A DNA stretch of 63,436 nt, filler included, from Choristocarpus tenellus KU-1152 (Eukaryota; Protista; Phaeophyceae): assembly GCA_964200185.2 (NCBI GenBank). It is 13 parts of 13 records of this genome, joined end to end, with 100 filler letters (N's around TTAATTAATTAA, not from the genome) between each part and the next. Parts side by side here need not be neighbours in the genome. Positions count along the whole stretch, not along the records: positions 9,359 to 14,491 come from CAXNAD020011769.1; positions 14,592 to 25,971 come from CAXNAD020002354.1; 11 more parts are not named here. One strand, 5' to 3'. Of this stretch, positions 12,761 through 26,071 are shown piece by piece. Under the pieces are notes generated by a model. It was not told the DNA's origin. It worked only from the letters and a program-made list of their open reading frames with translations, and ran no database searches. A program made the position numbers and the translations under genes. Each line of letters begins with the position of its first letter. The first letter of the stretch is position 1.

Positions 12761-13147
12761 GTGTAGTTATTGTTACGTATCCGTTGCAACAGTGTATTTC
12801 CTCAAGAGCTGCTTCCTCTCTCACACGTTGAACAAAAAATAATAATTAATAATAATGATTGGATGTTGAATTGGTCGTGGTAAGGCATATGGATATACCT
12901 TGAGAAGAAGAAATGTCACCGTATGTATGAATTCACCACTCCTGAACGACCCTTCCGGACTGACTATCGGAGATGACCTGAGTATAAGGCATCGCCTTGT
13001 TGAAGTTCTATCTTCACTCACCCGTGAGCCATTTTATTTCCTTACTCCTTTACCCCCCCACCCCTCCCTCCCTCCTTCCTACCTCTCTCTCCCCTGCTGA
13101 TCAATCTCTACGACGATGTTTTAACACAATTGTCTGTACATTTATAG

Positions 13148-14272
13148 GTGGTGAAGCACTTCACAGGTCATCCGAAGTCTGTTCCGATCCCTCTGTTCCA
13201 CTCTCATCTCCATGGGTTGTTGCCATATTCAAAGAGGGGAAACTTTGGTTACTTTCACATGTGCAGGTTGGTTGGCTTCTTGTCGCTCTTGAATCGAAAG
13301 CAGAGAGGCGTTATTCCTTGCTCTCTTTTTTTTTCCTTTATTACTAATTTTTTGTGATAACAAAATAGTATTGTTTTTGTCACTGTTGAGATTCAAAACA
13401 GAGATGCGTTTTTTCGTTCATTTTTATTGTTGTGGGCATTAATTTTTTGTGATGATAAAATAAAGTTTTTTTTTTTATTGAAATGGAGCAAGGGAGCGTT
13501 TTTTTCTTGCATTTTTTTGTTGTGGTTGTTAAAATTTTGTGATAATATAGTGCTATTCTGGAATGTTTTGCTTTGTGTAAGAAGTTGGAAGGCGTTGATT
13601 TTAAAAACAAAAAGTGTCATGTTTTGGTGAGGATTCTTGTTTTTTCTTTGTTGTCTGGTTTTGCTTTAGATGTTGGCTTCAGCTCTATGTATGAGAGGTT
13701 TGGACAGGTAAGAATGGTGGTGGTAATTATATACTTGGAGTGGGATGTAAGTGTTACTATTGATAGTGATTGGTCATGGGGTTGGGATATATGAGGACGC
13801 TACTTTTTTTTATTAGTGTGAAAAATGTGTACTATGCTACTTTTTACTAGTGACTGATACTTTTTTCTACCCTCCCCTCCTGCAGTCCCAGGTACAGGAC
13901 ATGCTATGAAGTCTTTTGCTGGTAGAGTAAGATGTACCCTTTATATTATCAACAATGACTATGTGGTTTGTTGCCGATAGAATAAGGTATACCCTTTATT
14001 TGACCAAGGACTCCTCACTTTTCGTACCTCAATGATAACCATAATTGTACCCCTATATATATATTTTTTATTTTTTAAGGTGAACTGCACTGTTTGATAA
14101 TGTGAGATGACGGCATTAACCACTCTCCCCCTACCATCACCATTTGACATTTAGGTTTTTTGCTGGAGCTGGTTTTAAGCTGCCGTTTTTTGATGACTAT
14201 GACTACTACCTCCGATTTGATTCCGATAGTCGCTGCCAGCATACGCTGCCTGATTTCTTCACTAGAATGCAG
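13148..14272 (+). CDS. Glycosyltransferase family 15 (KRE2/MNT1-like alpha-1,2-mannosyltransferase), partial, 2 confident exons
   Basis: Exons 13148-13266 and 14155-14272 splice in phase 2 to give RGNFGYFHMCR|FFAGAGFKLPFFDDYDYYLRFDSDS, the GT15 Y.HMCRF..Y.YY.R signature. The first acceptor is uncertain, and an upstream exon (~12900-13023, LLNDP) is possible. Confidence 0.8.
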
Positions 14273-15639
14273 GTACACATTCAACACACATTCTATTGTG
14301 TACAGATTATTTTATCTCAGATATTTGTATTTGGTGTAGCTTTTTTTCTCTCTTCTCTCTCTCATCTCTCTCCATCTCTCCATCTCTCTCCCTCTCTCTC
14401 TCTCTTTGTTGCCCTGCAATGGATTAGGACCCAATGGTATTTGAAAACTTGATACCCTTTTTTATTTTGCCCTCTCCTTTCTCCTCACTTCNNNNNNNNN
14501 NNNNNNNNNNNNNNNNNNNNNNNNNNNNNNNNNNNTTAATTAATTAANNNNNNNNNNNNNNNNNNNNNNNNNNNNNNNNNNNNNNNNNNNNGACACCCAA
14601 TATGAGCGGTCCTTCTTCAGAAAAATAAAAAAATGGTGATATAAAACGAAGCCTGTACTCTGGAGGGCCTTGTGACGGGCATCCCGAATATGCTTTTGTG
14701 TTCTTAATCCGATGTCTACATCAAAGGTTATGACGGGACAACCCCAGAGGGCGAAGCTACTAGTACCACTATATAGTAGAAGACAAGGGATGAGAGGGAG
14801 TGGACAGAGCAAAAGGTCAAATTAAATGGAGTAGGATAAGAGGACAAGAAGGGGTACGACCACGGCAGCCTCTGGGCAATCTTTCCCACCAGGGGGAAGG
14901 GGAAGTGTCTAGTGGAAAAGGTGGATGCATGCTGAGCAGACGAAATGGTAAGATGCTTCTTAGGTATTGGATGAGGTGACATTGTCATAGTCTAGGGTGG
15001 TCTATGATGGGAACAATCATGGGTGGTGAAATTAACAGAGTCGAACATAATATAGGATCATATCCGGGGTGATCCTGAGCGAAAGTGATAGTTGAGGACC
15101 TGGAGTGATGGTACAGTGGACATAAAGAGATAGATGCATCAGTTTGTAGTTGGGTCTCTATGTTACAGGTGATTGGTGTATGGATTGCTTAATGGATTCT
15201 AACCAGTATGAGTAGTAGTCATACACATGGACTTCACAAATGGGAATGTTCGGTTCGCTATAGTTACAGTGTAAACTATGTAAATCGATAACAATGTAAT
15301 AGTTTTAGTTGTATTAACGGTTTCTGAAGACTCAACCTTTTCAGAACTGATTTTGTGGCACACATACACACACGTTGTCAATCTTGATCCATTGTCGTAT
15401 ACTTACCTTGAGAATAACTATACCTTCATCTGTTAACCTGATAATTACCATCTCCGCTGGTCACCAGACTATCGATACATCACAGACGCCTTGTACGCAC
15501 ATCAATGTCATCTACAGGCTTATAGATCGGAGCTACACATCCCGTGGAAGTAAGCTGTGGAGCATTTTGTAGAATGGAGGCCCTACCTTGTCCCTTCAAA
15601 CTGTAGGGAACACTCAGCTTGCTGCATGGGACTGTTGTT

Positions 15640-16135
15640 AGCTCCATGGGATGTCCTGGAGTCTTATGGTTTTGTCAACTCATTGAGACATCCTGGATTC
15701 ATCTCTATTTCCACTTCTCTCAAAGTGGGGGGAAAGGGTCTGCATCTTGCATCTGCGGCTCAGACACCACACCCTCAGCGAGGAACGAACATCCTCAAGA
15801 TGGACAAGGTGTGTATCTGTGCCCCACTGAGGAGCCCCTCAAAAACCCCACGGGCATAGAATAAGCATTACATTTACGAAGGTGATGTTCCGGGCAAGTT
15901 CCCCCTGATTGCCCTGGTGGATACAGCAAAACACTGTGCTGGAATGACATTTTGGAAGACTTTGGGGGTGGAATCATATAGATCATTGTAGGCTGTCCCA
16001 TTTTGCTGGGGAGTTTGGCGGGCAACCCTTTCAGCATCTGTACAACATACCCATAAATATTAACATGTAAAAAAATCTTGGTTCTTCGTCGGGGCTGCAA
16101 GGGTTGTGTTTAATTTAATTCCGAACCGGAGGAAG
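15640..16135 (+). mobile_element. Internally deleted mariner derivative with right TIR
   Basis: Ends ...TTCCGAACCGGAGGAAG|TA. 15900-16135 is the reverse-complement homologue of 49794-50020. Residual transposase-like text HPQRGTNILKMDKVCICAPLRSP. Confidence 0.55.
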
Positions 16136-16291
16136 TATCTGCCACTGCAAATTCTCATGCTCACGAAATTCACACTACTTTATTAGGTTTCCCATTTCTG
16201 TTTTTCTTTCCGACTAACAGGTCTACTCTTGCTTTGCTCTCGAATTGTGGATTAATGAATTACCCATTTTTAACCTCACATATACTCCACT

Positions 16292-16555
16292 GAGTGAAAG
16301 TATCCTAGAAGGTAGGAGGTTTGCCCTGTTTGTCCATTTGGGGCTTGGTTTCCCATGGGGAATTTTTATGACATTTTCCTACTCCAAAATATTTCGGAGT
16401 TTGTAAAATGTATACGTCATGAAAAGGTGTGTCCGGGGGGACAAGGATATTGATGCTTCCTAACAAACAGGATGACCAAAAATTACATCAAAATCGCAAC
16501 ATTTGATTCTGGCCCATATATGGACGCGGCTCTACCCTCTAAGATGCTTTGGCTC
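16292..16555 (+). mobile_element. Sola2-like MITE family 1, copy a
   Basis: GAGTGAAAGTATCCTAGAAGGTA...TACCCTCTAAGATGCTTTGGCTC. Internal sequence matches the other copies. Flanks share only ACT. Confidence 0.8.
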
Positions 16556-17624
16556 ACTCCTCCTCACAACATTACAAAACTTCTTTCTTACCACACCTCT
16601 ATCCCAACACTATCCTTGATACCCCACCAGCTGTGCCACCTTAGGCGTTTCCAGTTACCAACCACTGCGGTCAATTCCCGCGAATCAACTAAACCGCTAA
16701 TCCTCACGAACAGCTCCAACTCCGTCCATGACACTCCCCTTTCCTCCACAACACTCCACATTCATCTATGACGCTTCAAATTCCTCCACAACACTCCAAA
16801 TTCATCCATTTACATTTTGTGCCTTCCAAGAAGAAGACCTCTACCCCGCCTGAGCTCCCCCTCCCCATTGAGATGATGTTGTATCTACCTCCTAAACTTA
16901 TATCTTGCCCCAGTTGCCTCTGGTCCTTGCTACTTACTTCTAGACCTCTTGACACCCACACTCAGTCCCACTGGTTAGTCCTCATGTACACTTTGAGAAG
17001 CTACTAACTTACACCTCCAGACAACCTGTCCAACTGTTCCAAGTGTACAAATCGTCACCATCCTCGTTGCTCGCCCCATCCTTCTTTTGTGTAAGGTCAT
17101 GCTTCTCTAGTCTTACTATGGGTTCTCGTGGTCATCTCAACCTTGACCCATCCTCTCTGATTTCCCCATCATTGATTTCGCGGTTCAAGGTTGATTCCCC
17201 ACCTCTGCATGATAATCTCTTTCCATACTCCTGACACAGGTAAAAGAAAATGGATGTGATGTGTAAGCAGATGGAGGGTCAAGATATATTTATAACGAGA
17301 GGGTGCAGCCGATCCTCTGGTTTACTTGGGCTACAGAGCACCCAACTCTTGTATCCTCTCTTCCTTACCCAAGGATTTACTCTTGCCGGTAAATCGTATG
17401 TCAGAGTACTGATGGTTAATTTGAGTAATGTCCTTGTATCACCTAGAGATTCCATCTTTCAATTAATTCTTCTCTCCTTTCTGTGTCCTGTCATCAATGG
17501 TCAAACCCTTTCAATTATACTTACTCTGTTGGAAACGTGTATTTTCCAGAGTATGTCAGCATGTCAGCGTGATGGTCTTCTGTTCCGACTTGAAGCATGT
17601 CAACCTTGCCCTCTTTGTACAGTT

Positions 17625-17892
17625 GAGCCAAAGCATTCAAGAGGGTAGGAGTTTTACCCTGTTTGTCCGTTCGGGCCTTGACTTTCCACAGTATTTTTAT
17701 ACCCTTTTTCGGTTTTGTGTGTGAACCTTTCGGATTTCAGAGTAGCTAAAACGTGTAGGACTATGAAAGGTGTGCCTAGAGCAAGGATATTGACATTTGC
17801 TAACAATCATGATAGCCAAAAATCATAAAAATCGCAAAATGGATTCATGACTTCGCACGGACGCGGTCCTACCCTCTTAAATGCTTTGGCTC
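17625..17892 (+). mobile_element. Sola2-like MITE family 1, copy b, in copia RNase H
   Basis: GAG..CTC termini, ~22-bp TIR, perfect AGTT/AGTT TSD. Removing it restores HIDVKFHFIRQLYKEGKVDMLQVGTEDHHADMLT. Confidence 0.9.
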
Positions 17893-19416
17893 AGTTGTCG
17901 AATGAAGTGGAATTTCACATCGATGTGCTTGGTTCGATGGCCCGCCGATGAGGTTCTTTGTTATCTTGATAGCCACCTTGTAGTCCTCAGCGATTGTGGT
18001 GCAGTACCCCATCATGCCTGGTAACATAAAACACTTGTACTTGGAGTAAGGACATGATCCCTTGGGCCTCTCAGCCATTGTGGTGTATTCCGTATCAGTT
18101 CTGGACATGGCAATGGCCCTGTGCATCCTTGACAACCATGAAATTACTGTGCCTTCCAGCATGACAACTCTTCCCGAAATAGAGAATTTGTTGTCCAAAC
18201 CGATAGAGTAATCCGCGTCTGTGTAGGCTATCAACCTTCCACTTCCACCTTTTTCTCCGTAGGTATTGCCTTTTTCTTGAGTTCCTTGCATGTATTCAAG
18301 AATCCTCCTAATGTTGAAACCTGAATCGAATGCATCGTACTTGTGAGCAAAATGCGTAGACTATACGAGCGATGAGGAATCATGGTGTTGCAAAGCACTG
18401 ATGAGTAAAATGAGTAGTCTGTGTTGCGAATAGATATGATTGTGCTGCAAAGCACCGGTGTATTTATTCTACTGTAACTGAGTCATTGATCGCTCAGTCA
18501 AGAATGATGTGATGTCAATTCAGTGTTCTTCCATGAGATACTCAACGAAAGTAGTCTATACTCTGTGGAGAGGCTTGTTACCTTGGCTGGCAAGGGTTTC
18601 CGTGGATGGTTTTAACTTTGAATATATTACATCCAGGTGAAAATCAGGTACACGTATTGCAGAGTGAGCTTGGTCCATTATGAGGATCAATGGCAACCAA
18701 GAAAGAAATAATAATAAACAATTAACGTGCATCATCTTCTGCTGACAAGAAGAAGAAAGAGAGGAAATAAAAGAAGGACAAACAAGAGAACAAGGGAACA
18801 AACTTGAATCAATAAGTGATGCAACTCAAATGACGCATACTATTCCTGTGTGTATAATGCAGAGCAACTGTCTTGTACTGCAGTATTCTGATGGAAATTA
18901 ATGTGGAGATGATGAACTAGTGATAGTAATGACCAGTGCGTAACAGACCAATCAACAGTCAGTGTTGACTGGTGGAGCTGTATCGTATCAAGTAAAAAAC
19001 AGATGAGTAGCCTATGTTTTAACACCTAACTTTCCTCCAATGTTGATGACCAGAATTCCTACAGTTATCAGCCCGCGTTCCTAACAGTGCCTAGATCTTT
19101 CACGGAGAATATTGAAGGTAATTTATCCTTGAAATCGTTAATGGAATCCGTATCATTGCTGGCCACCAAGATGTCATCCACTTCAACAGCCAGTATCAGG
19201 TCCAGCAGTTTGTCCTTGACAAGTCTCAGCATACAAGGATCAGCCATTGACTGTTCAAGACCCATTTCCTTTAGTACGTCTGTGAGCATGAAGTTGGAGT
19301 TTTTTCTTGATACTTGAACAAGACCATACAGTGACCGGTTCAGCTTGCCCACTCCACCAAGGAAGTCATGATATTCCCCAGGTAGCTAAATGTAGATCTC
19401 TTCTTTCAATGGTGCT

Positions 19417-19674
19417 GAGTCAAAGTATCTTAGAGGGTAGAGCCGCGTCCATTTGGGGACCAAAATCCATTGTTCCAATTTTGATGTAGCTTTGGCTATC
19501 TTGTTTGTTAGGAAGTGTCAATATCCTTGTTCCAGACACACCTTTTCATAACGTATACATTTTACCTACTCGAAAACATTTCAGAGTAGGAAAATTGAAT
19601 AAAAAACCCATGGGAAGTCAATCCCCAAACGGACAAACAGGGCAAAACTTGTACCCTCTAAGATACTTTTACTC
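19417..19674 (-). mobile_element. Sola2-like MITE family 1, copy c, in copia RT
   Basis: GAG..CTC termini, TGCT/TGCT TSD. Removing it restores TFIQAPLKEEIYI*LPGEY. Confidence 0.9.
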
Positions 19675-21269
19675 TGCTTGGATGAATGTTTGTTCCACAT
19701 CAATGTGGTACAGCTCCAAATCTTTCATTGCTGCCATAGCCAGTTGCATTCTTGTGCTTGCTGTCGCTAGAGTTGGTGAATACTTCTCCGTGAAGTCAAA
19801 CCCTTCCACTTGACGAAAACCTTGGACCACAAATCTGGAGTTGTGTTGTTTGACTCCTCCGTCTGGATCCACCTTGCGCTTGAAGGTAATCTTGGTACCT
19901 ACTACCTTCCAATCCTCAGACCGTTGAAGTTGGGTCCATACATTGCTCTCCACCAATGCATTCATCTCGGATTTTAGTGCCACCTCCAAATGGCTGGCCT
20001 CTGATGAAGACATTGCTTAGGTGAGGGTCTTGGGTTCCGGAGGAAACTTGCTGGCTTGTCCCTCTGGCATCGAAAGGGTGGACATGATCAGTATATTTCC
20101 CAGTTGTCCTGGTTCAACTTCAGCCGTTCCATCCTTCATTCCAAACTCCATCATGATGCTACAAAGAGCTAGTATGCCTTCATTGACTTCCAGTTGGTGT
20201 CACGAGTCTAGCAGTTGCACTGTTCGTGTGTCTTTGTTGTCACACCACTAATGGCGCCTGTCTCTAGTCCCAGAGAGTCTGCCAGTTGTTTCAGAGCCCT
20301 TGCCTGTGTCATATCGACTGGTCCAGCAGTCTCAGGCTCATCTTATCTTCTTCAAGGTTTTCAGATTCTTGTTGTGGGTTACTCTCCCTTCCAATGCCAC
20401 CCACCCCCCAGGCCCTTCAGATGAGTAGTTGGTTCTGTTATCTCAATATGGCCCACGATTGTTTCCCTGTTGCTGTCGTTCAGTGTCTCGGGGTGCCAGG
20501 AAACGTCTCGCCGAAAACAACAATTTGCCGTGTAGTTTGGTTGATAACCTTGAATGCGTCCTTCAGGCAGTTGTGAGCTTGTCCCAGCATGATGCACTTC
20601 ATTCCCCGTAGCTCCAGTGTGTTCCTTCGCCTAGGTGTCCTTAGGTACCCAACAGTTCCAAATGCCTGGAGTCCCTTGATACTGCCCCATGATCCATACA
20701 CTTTCTCATGATGTGAGATCCCGTTGGTGTTGGCTGTGGTGCCACAGATATTGCTTGCATCACAGGTCATATTCATAACCTCTGCCCACATCTTGTCTCT
20801 GCATTCCTCTGAGCTCTCCATCATTACCATGGCCTTCTCTGCAAGAAGTTCAAGTACCCGTCCCACAATGCCTTTGTGCTGTGGAGTCTCTAGTGCGGTG
20901 ACTCCATGGCGAATGTAGAACTCGGTGAGAACTTGAAAGTCTCCTTCAAAACCTCCTCCTTAATCAGTGCGGATGGCGTCGATTGCGAGAATGTGGTGGT
21001 GAAGTATTTTGGTCCCCTCATTGTGGCCTTGGTGATGTAGAATGGTCTCGATTTGATTAAGGTCATGTGGCAAGGTATTCGTCTATCCAAGGCCTCAACC
21101 TCAAAGTTATCCTTAAAGGTCTCATACACTTTGACATCTGTCCCAATATGTGTTCTAAAATGGTTGAGGCAATGGGAAACAGGAGATTCGTGTGTATATG
21201 TTGGAGGTAGGGCATTGTCGATTGCACACATGAACAAAAAAATGTGGTGCTTGACCATTGCATACCTAG

Positions 21270-21645
21270 GCTACATTGTTGAAATATTCCACACTGGACC
21301 CACGGTTAAGATATCAATTGTGTGCTTTGGTAGAGGACAATAGGTAGCTTGGTGTGAATATACAATGTTAGTGTTACAAGGGGCTTGTGGTCTCAATTCC
21401 ACTGACTGAACTTGTGGGGCTCACAATTGGTGGCACCCATTACTATTCCTATAGTATGGGGTTTGCAATCTTCCAAACTAAGTTAGAATGAATGACTTAT
21501 TTACTTGCCTTCAGTATAGTAAGCGTATCTAGAACATGACATAAATCAATGAACAGTAGTGACACAATACACATCGTATATCTCTATCACTGGCTCTCCA
21601 TCCTATTATCTACTTCACTGGTGGTGTCTATAGTGTATCAGCAAC
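21270..21645. repeat. Dispersed repeat, possibly a LINE 3' region
   Basis: Homologous to ~30655-30968 (GGGGCTTGTGGTCTCAATTCC; TATCACTGGCTCTCCATCCTATT; GGTGGTGTCTAT..GTATCAGCA) and partly, inverted, to 56265-56306. Neighbouring DNA shows only weak RT-like residues (RQECTLLSP..ADD; GVKQG). Confidence 0.65.
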
Positions 21646-24600
21646 ACGATTCACAACTGAGCATGTTGTCTGCAACATGCGTCAGGATGTCAAACTCTCC
21701 TGTTGGTGTGCAGGTCCAAGTAGTGCATGTCCTTGGTCTCATCATGGGTCCAGATTAGCTTGTAGGGCGTGGGGTTGCTGTTGTTCTCCCATACACTGAG
21801 CGCAAGGAGGTGGGTTTCTGTGTGCTGGTTGTGAAAGGAGATCTATCTCGCTTGGCATCGAATATCCTGGCCCTGTTGATATTCCTGACAACATGAGGTG
21901 CGAATACGTAAATGAGGAAAAAGTTCTTGACAATTAGTTGTTCGTTGTCCCATTGTTCGGGTTGAGTCTATTAAATTCCCAAGTGACACATCGCCACAAA
22001 GCGAATTTTAGTTTGCGAGAAACAATTGTTGACGCGCCATCATCAGCTACAGTTGTTGAGGAGGTGTCGTCATCCACAGGAGAAAGAAGCGTACATTCCT
22101 GTCTCTGTTACCCGATGCTCCAGATCTTGGACGAATAGGTTCCGTTTGTGCGCTGAAGTCTTAAGTGTCTCTGTCTTGGTTGTGTATCCGCTTAGTTTCG
22201 ACTGAAAGGTTGGACTTGTAGGTCGTAATCACCCCATCTTCTCGGAGTTTGATGTTGGGTGTTATCTCGGAAAGGAAGAAGGCGGGTGTACTCGGTGTTC
22301 AGGTTATTCTTGGTTACATCAAGGAAGGTCTTGACCTGACTTCCTGGTGTTGATGCATGCTTCTTCTGGGAGAGTACATCCTACAGGGGGTTTGTCAATG
22401 GTGCAAATTTCTGTCCCTCGTTCAAGAACAATGTGGCAATACTGTGCCATGTCTACTTTAATCCTCTGAACATCAAGTGCTTTCCTTTCTCAAAGGCTCC
22501 CATATACATCACTGTACTGTCACACAATCTTCAAACGAGGACATTTACCCTTTCACCTCCTCGATCGCCTGCATCACAGCATGACCCCGCCTCCACCGAA
22601 ACCTCAACATTTTGTTAAGGTCCATGACGGAAATTTGCACTAATATATTGATTTTCAGTTCTTACTACATTTATGCACCACATCAGCGTGTCTCAAGGTT
22701 TAAGATTTGGCATACTTATCTACAACTTTTCAGATGCAACAAGCAAATAACCACACACCACTTCCTCTACACGGTATTTCATGTCCATCCTTTACCTTCA
22801 TTAAATATTTTTATCCTACAGCCAATTACACACATACACGACTTCAAAAAACGGACGATCTCCACCATCTATATGTGTGAATTTCATCCTTTATTGACCA
22901 CCGATCCACTACTTGCCTAGCAACATAATGACAAAACTAATCTTCCTTTTCGTCCATAAGACTTCCAACACAAGAAATGACATCACACACTCCTCCCTTC
23001 TCTCTTCATCCCCTGTCTTCATAAAGAGTTCCACTTCATACCCCATTCCAGCTATACATACATGTGAATAGAACAATCGTGCCACATTACATTTTAAATA
23101 TCCCCTACAAACTTCCCTTCAAAACTTTATCCTACAAAGATTCAAATTCATCCTCCCCTACCTTTCACATCTAGGAATAATCTTTGAAGTTTTCTACAAG
23201 TTGTACAAGGTTGGGAATGAGAGATGTTTATTGACATCGTGGGATTCTGCGACCATCTCTTTATTGATGTTCTTGTGTTTTTTTGTTGTTTGGCCAATGA
23301 ATGCCGGAAAACCCCTTATCCTTGTTCATATTTTATTCTTTCAAAACAAAAATGACCGGAATATATTGTCGTATGGTTGGTAATTTACGAACCTTAAACA
23401 CATGTAGGTATTATAACTGGCACATGCCAAACCAAACGACAAAGCAAAGATGGAGAGCACCAAACAGGTGGGTTCTGAGGTGCTGCTTGTGTGTCTTGGG
23501 TGCGTTCTACACACACTGCACTTAGCCATCCATGCACGGGTGGAGACTCGCTTGTTTATGGGTGAGATTGGAAGGGGAAGTTGGGAAAAGTGACCCTCCA
23601 ATCACCTCATGGCACTGCTACTCCTCAGTAAGAGTTGTGGCAACCCATGTTTGCTTAATCTCAGTTGCGGGTAAAACAAGGTTTGGAAGACGCTAGCTCC
23701 CTTCAAGAGATTGTAAACCTTGATCTTCTTGCTTCTCCCTGGTCGTTTTCCTCCCTTTACTTTTGGAGCTCCGCCTTCAAACGTTACAACCTCTTCTTCA
23801 GGCACTGCTGGTGTCTCAGGGCGTTGACAGTACTCTTTGCAGCTTCAGCATGGACATCAACCTCGTGGTTCTCCACAACTTAGCCTCTTTTGTCTCCCAT
23901 CTTCCTCATGAAACACTTCAGTTGTAGTAGCCTCTGACGTGTCTTCTTCCTTCCTCACCACAGTGGCCTCCATCATAGTGAAGGTTTGCTTGACTTTGCC
24001 CTCCACCTCTGTTTCACTTCCCACAGTTTGATCCCTATCTTGACTTGTTGTTTTGTGACCATGGTCTCAGTGTCAGCGGTCGGTTGCTTTGCTTCAAGTA
24101 CAGCAGACGCAATAGTGGTAGACCCTCTTCCACCATCTGTCTAGTATCTTCAAACACACTTGTTTTGTCTCTGCTGGTGAAACCATGCTTGTCCTTGTAG
24201 GCTTTGTTGTTCTTTTTAGCTGTCTGGGATCTCTTTTGCAAACTGCTTCTTGGTCGCCCACACTTTTTCCCAGAGTTGCCCATTTTCTTTAATTCAGCAA
24301 CCACAAGGATGATTGAGGTGCAGTTTGTTGTAAAAGAAGCCCGGAAGGTCCCTCTACATGATCTATCTAGACCCTTTCTGATAACTTTTGTATTCCATGA
24401 TATATTATGGAAACACATCAAAGTTAGTAAATAAAAAACCCCAAGATTAAGATCTAGGAAAACCAGGTGATCAGAACACTAGCCCTTCTGTACCATAGAC
24501 AATACATGAAAAGCTTAACACCAACCATTTTTCTCCATGAACCTCATACTCTGTTATAATATTGAATATTTCAAACATGTAGACATCAAAACCCACAATT

Positions 24601-24769
24601 GATTCTCTAAAAATATCATGCTAAGTTATGAACCATAAACCCGGCTGCTTTCAATTCCGACATGCCGTAGTTCTTATTGCATTTTGCACACTCTCCCATT
24701 AGGGTGTCTTAGAAGTAAATGAACACAGATCCCATCAACTCTCACACACTGTGTTCATCTTATTTATAC

Positions 24770-25183
24770 AGTGCCTACAAAGCCTACCTGCTTCTTCTGA
24801 ATAAATGACAGAAAGTTGCACAGAGGTAGATGCGTATTTAAATACAAAAACCCCTTGGATCACGTACTCTCTTGTGCATTTCAACTTTCTGTCTACATGA
24901 CTCGTTCTTCTGTTGAACCTCATGGCTGTCCCCATCTGCAATGTGCCTGGATTATCCCCATACCACGTCGTAACCCCTTGCCAGGCTCCCCCCGGACTCC
25001 TCCGATAAATATCGCGTGCGTTATCCCTTTGTGCCATTGCTGTCCACTAGCACTGTCCTGATTATATCCTTTACAGGGCTGAACGTGTTGAGGTAGTTGC
25101 ACCCTCACGTTGAGTGAAGCACTGTACAACCAACCTGGCCTTGAACTGTTCAATGGTCCCTTAGGCTGTCCGCTTTATCTTAA
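24770..25183 (-). mobile_element. Heavily deleted Ty1/copia RT/RNase H remnant
   Basis: KIKRTA*GTIEQFKARLVVQCFTQREG joined almost directly to WYGDNPG..FNRRTSHVDRKLKCTREYV. Same family as 26072-28800. Confidence 0.8.
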
Positions 25184-25189
25184 ATTCGG

Positions 25190-25971
25190 TGTTAAAACAA
25201 TTGATGTTCCCAAGAATTGTGTGTGTAAATGACTCAGTTAATTCCTTATTGTGTAGACCAGGTTGTACATGAAGTAAGGAAGGTGAAAGGAAGGAGTGAA
25301 CCTCAAAGCTCAAATGGTGGGATCCTTGTAACCTTACCATTCATATTCTAATATTACGTCACTCATTCTGTGTCACTTGCTACAACCTTCCCTTTCTAGG
25401 ATTCTTGTTGCACCATAATAGCCCGGATAATTATTCTCATTATTAATCAACAGAAAATGTTCCTATCAATTATCCCGCTATTGAAACATTGTCCAACAAC
25501 TGATTATTTGTCCTACAAAACCTTTTACGCATGAATAAAATGCATATTCTTAACGTACTCCCCTGCTTTGAACTTCAAGTGAAAAATAACATCTCAAAAT
25601 ATTCTTGGACATGACTTAAACCAGAAATCAATTCCACTTCATTCTATACATGATAACACACTAGAATGCCTATACTGTGACAGTGGGTCCACATCACCAA
25701 TCTTTGGGGTGGGTGCCTCCCCCCCAACAATCCCCGTTGGGATTATGGCATTCACTTCAACCCCCTCAGGGGGAAGCGTACACTTCGCTACAGCATCCTC
25801 CACTGATGTAGTAGCCTCAAACATCATTCCTCCACAATCCACATCTCCTCCACTCCCCTCTTGGCCGAGATCGAAATCTCTAGCCCCAGCGTGGGTTAGG
25901 TCGATACCTCCAGCCTCATCCTGTGCGAAGTCGACTCTTCTAACCCCTTCCTGGGTGAGGTTGTCAGATGC
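25190..25971 (-). mobile_element. 3' end of an LTR retroelement: LTR 25190-25555 preceded by a PPT-like tract
   Basis: On the minus strand, AAGCAGGGGAGTA is followed by CGTTAAGA...TTTTAACA (366 bp). The homologue at 9139 starts TGTTAA. Confidence 0.55.
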
Positions 25972-26071
25972 NNNNNNNNNNNNNNNNNNNNNNNNNNNNN
26001 NNNNNNNNNNNNNNNTTAATTAATTAANNNNNNNNNNNNNNNNNNNNNNNNNNNNNNNNNNNNNNNNNNNN

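Larger units (their letters stand above)
17540..20960 (-). mobile_element. Decayed Ty1/copia pol (integrase-RT-RNase H) interrupted by two MITEs and another insertion
   Basis: Integrase (WAEVMN..AFGTVGY..KCIMLG), RT (ALKSEMNALVESNVW..RFVVQGFRQVEGFDF..HIDVEQTF; KLNRSLYGL..DPC..VEVDDIL..KDLG), RNase H (AYTDADY..SISG..ISW..HIDVKFHFIRQ..HADMLT). Copia domain order with many stops. About 18305-19068 is non-copia sequence. Confidence 0.92.

Noticed and set aside
17232-17493. TGACA...TGTCA segment as the copia 3' LTR
   Set aside because: No convincing PPT, PBS, TSD or second copy in the window.
23340-24430. piggyBac-like Cys-rich tail (HFSQLP..KCSVCR)
   Set aside because: The Cys pattern is incomplete, and I found no DDD core or TTAA-bounded ends.
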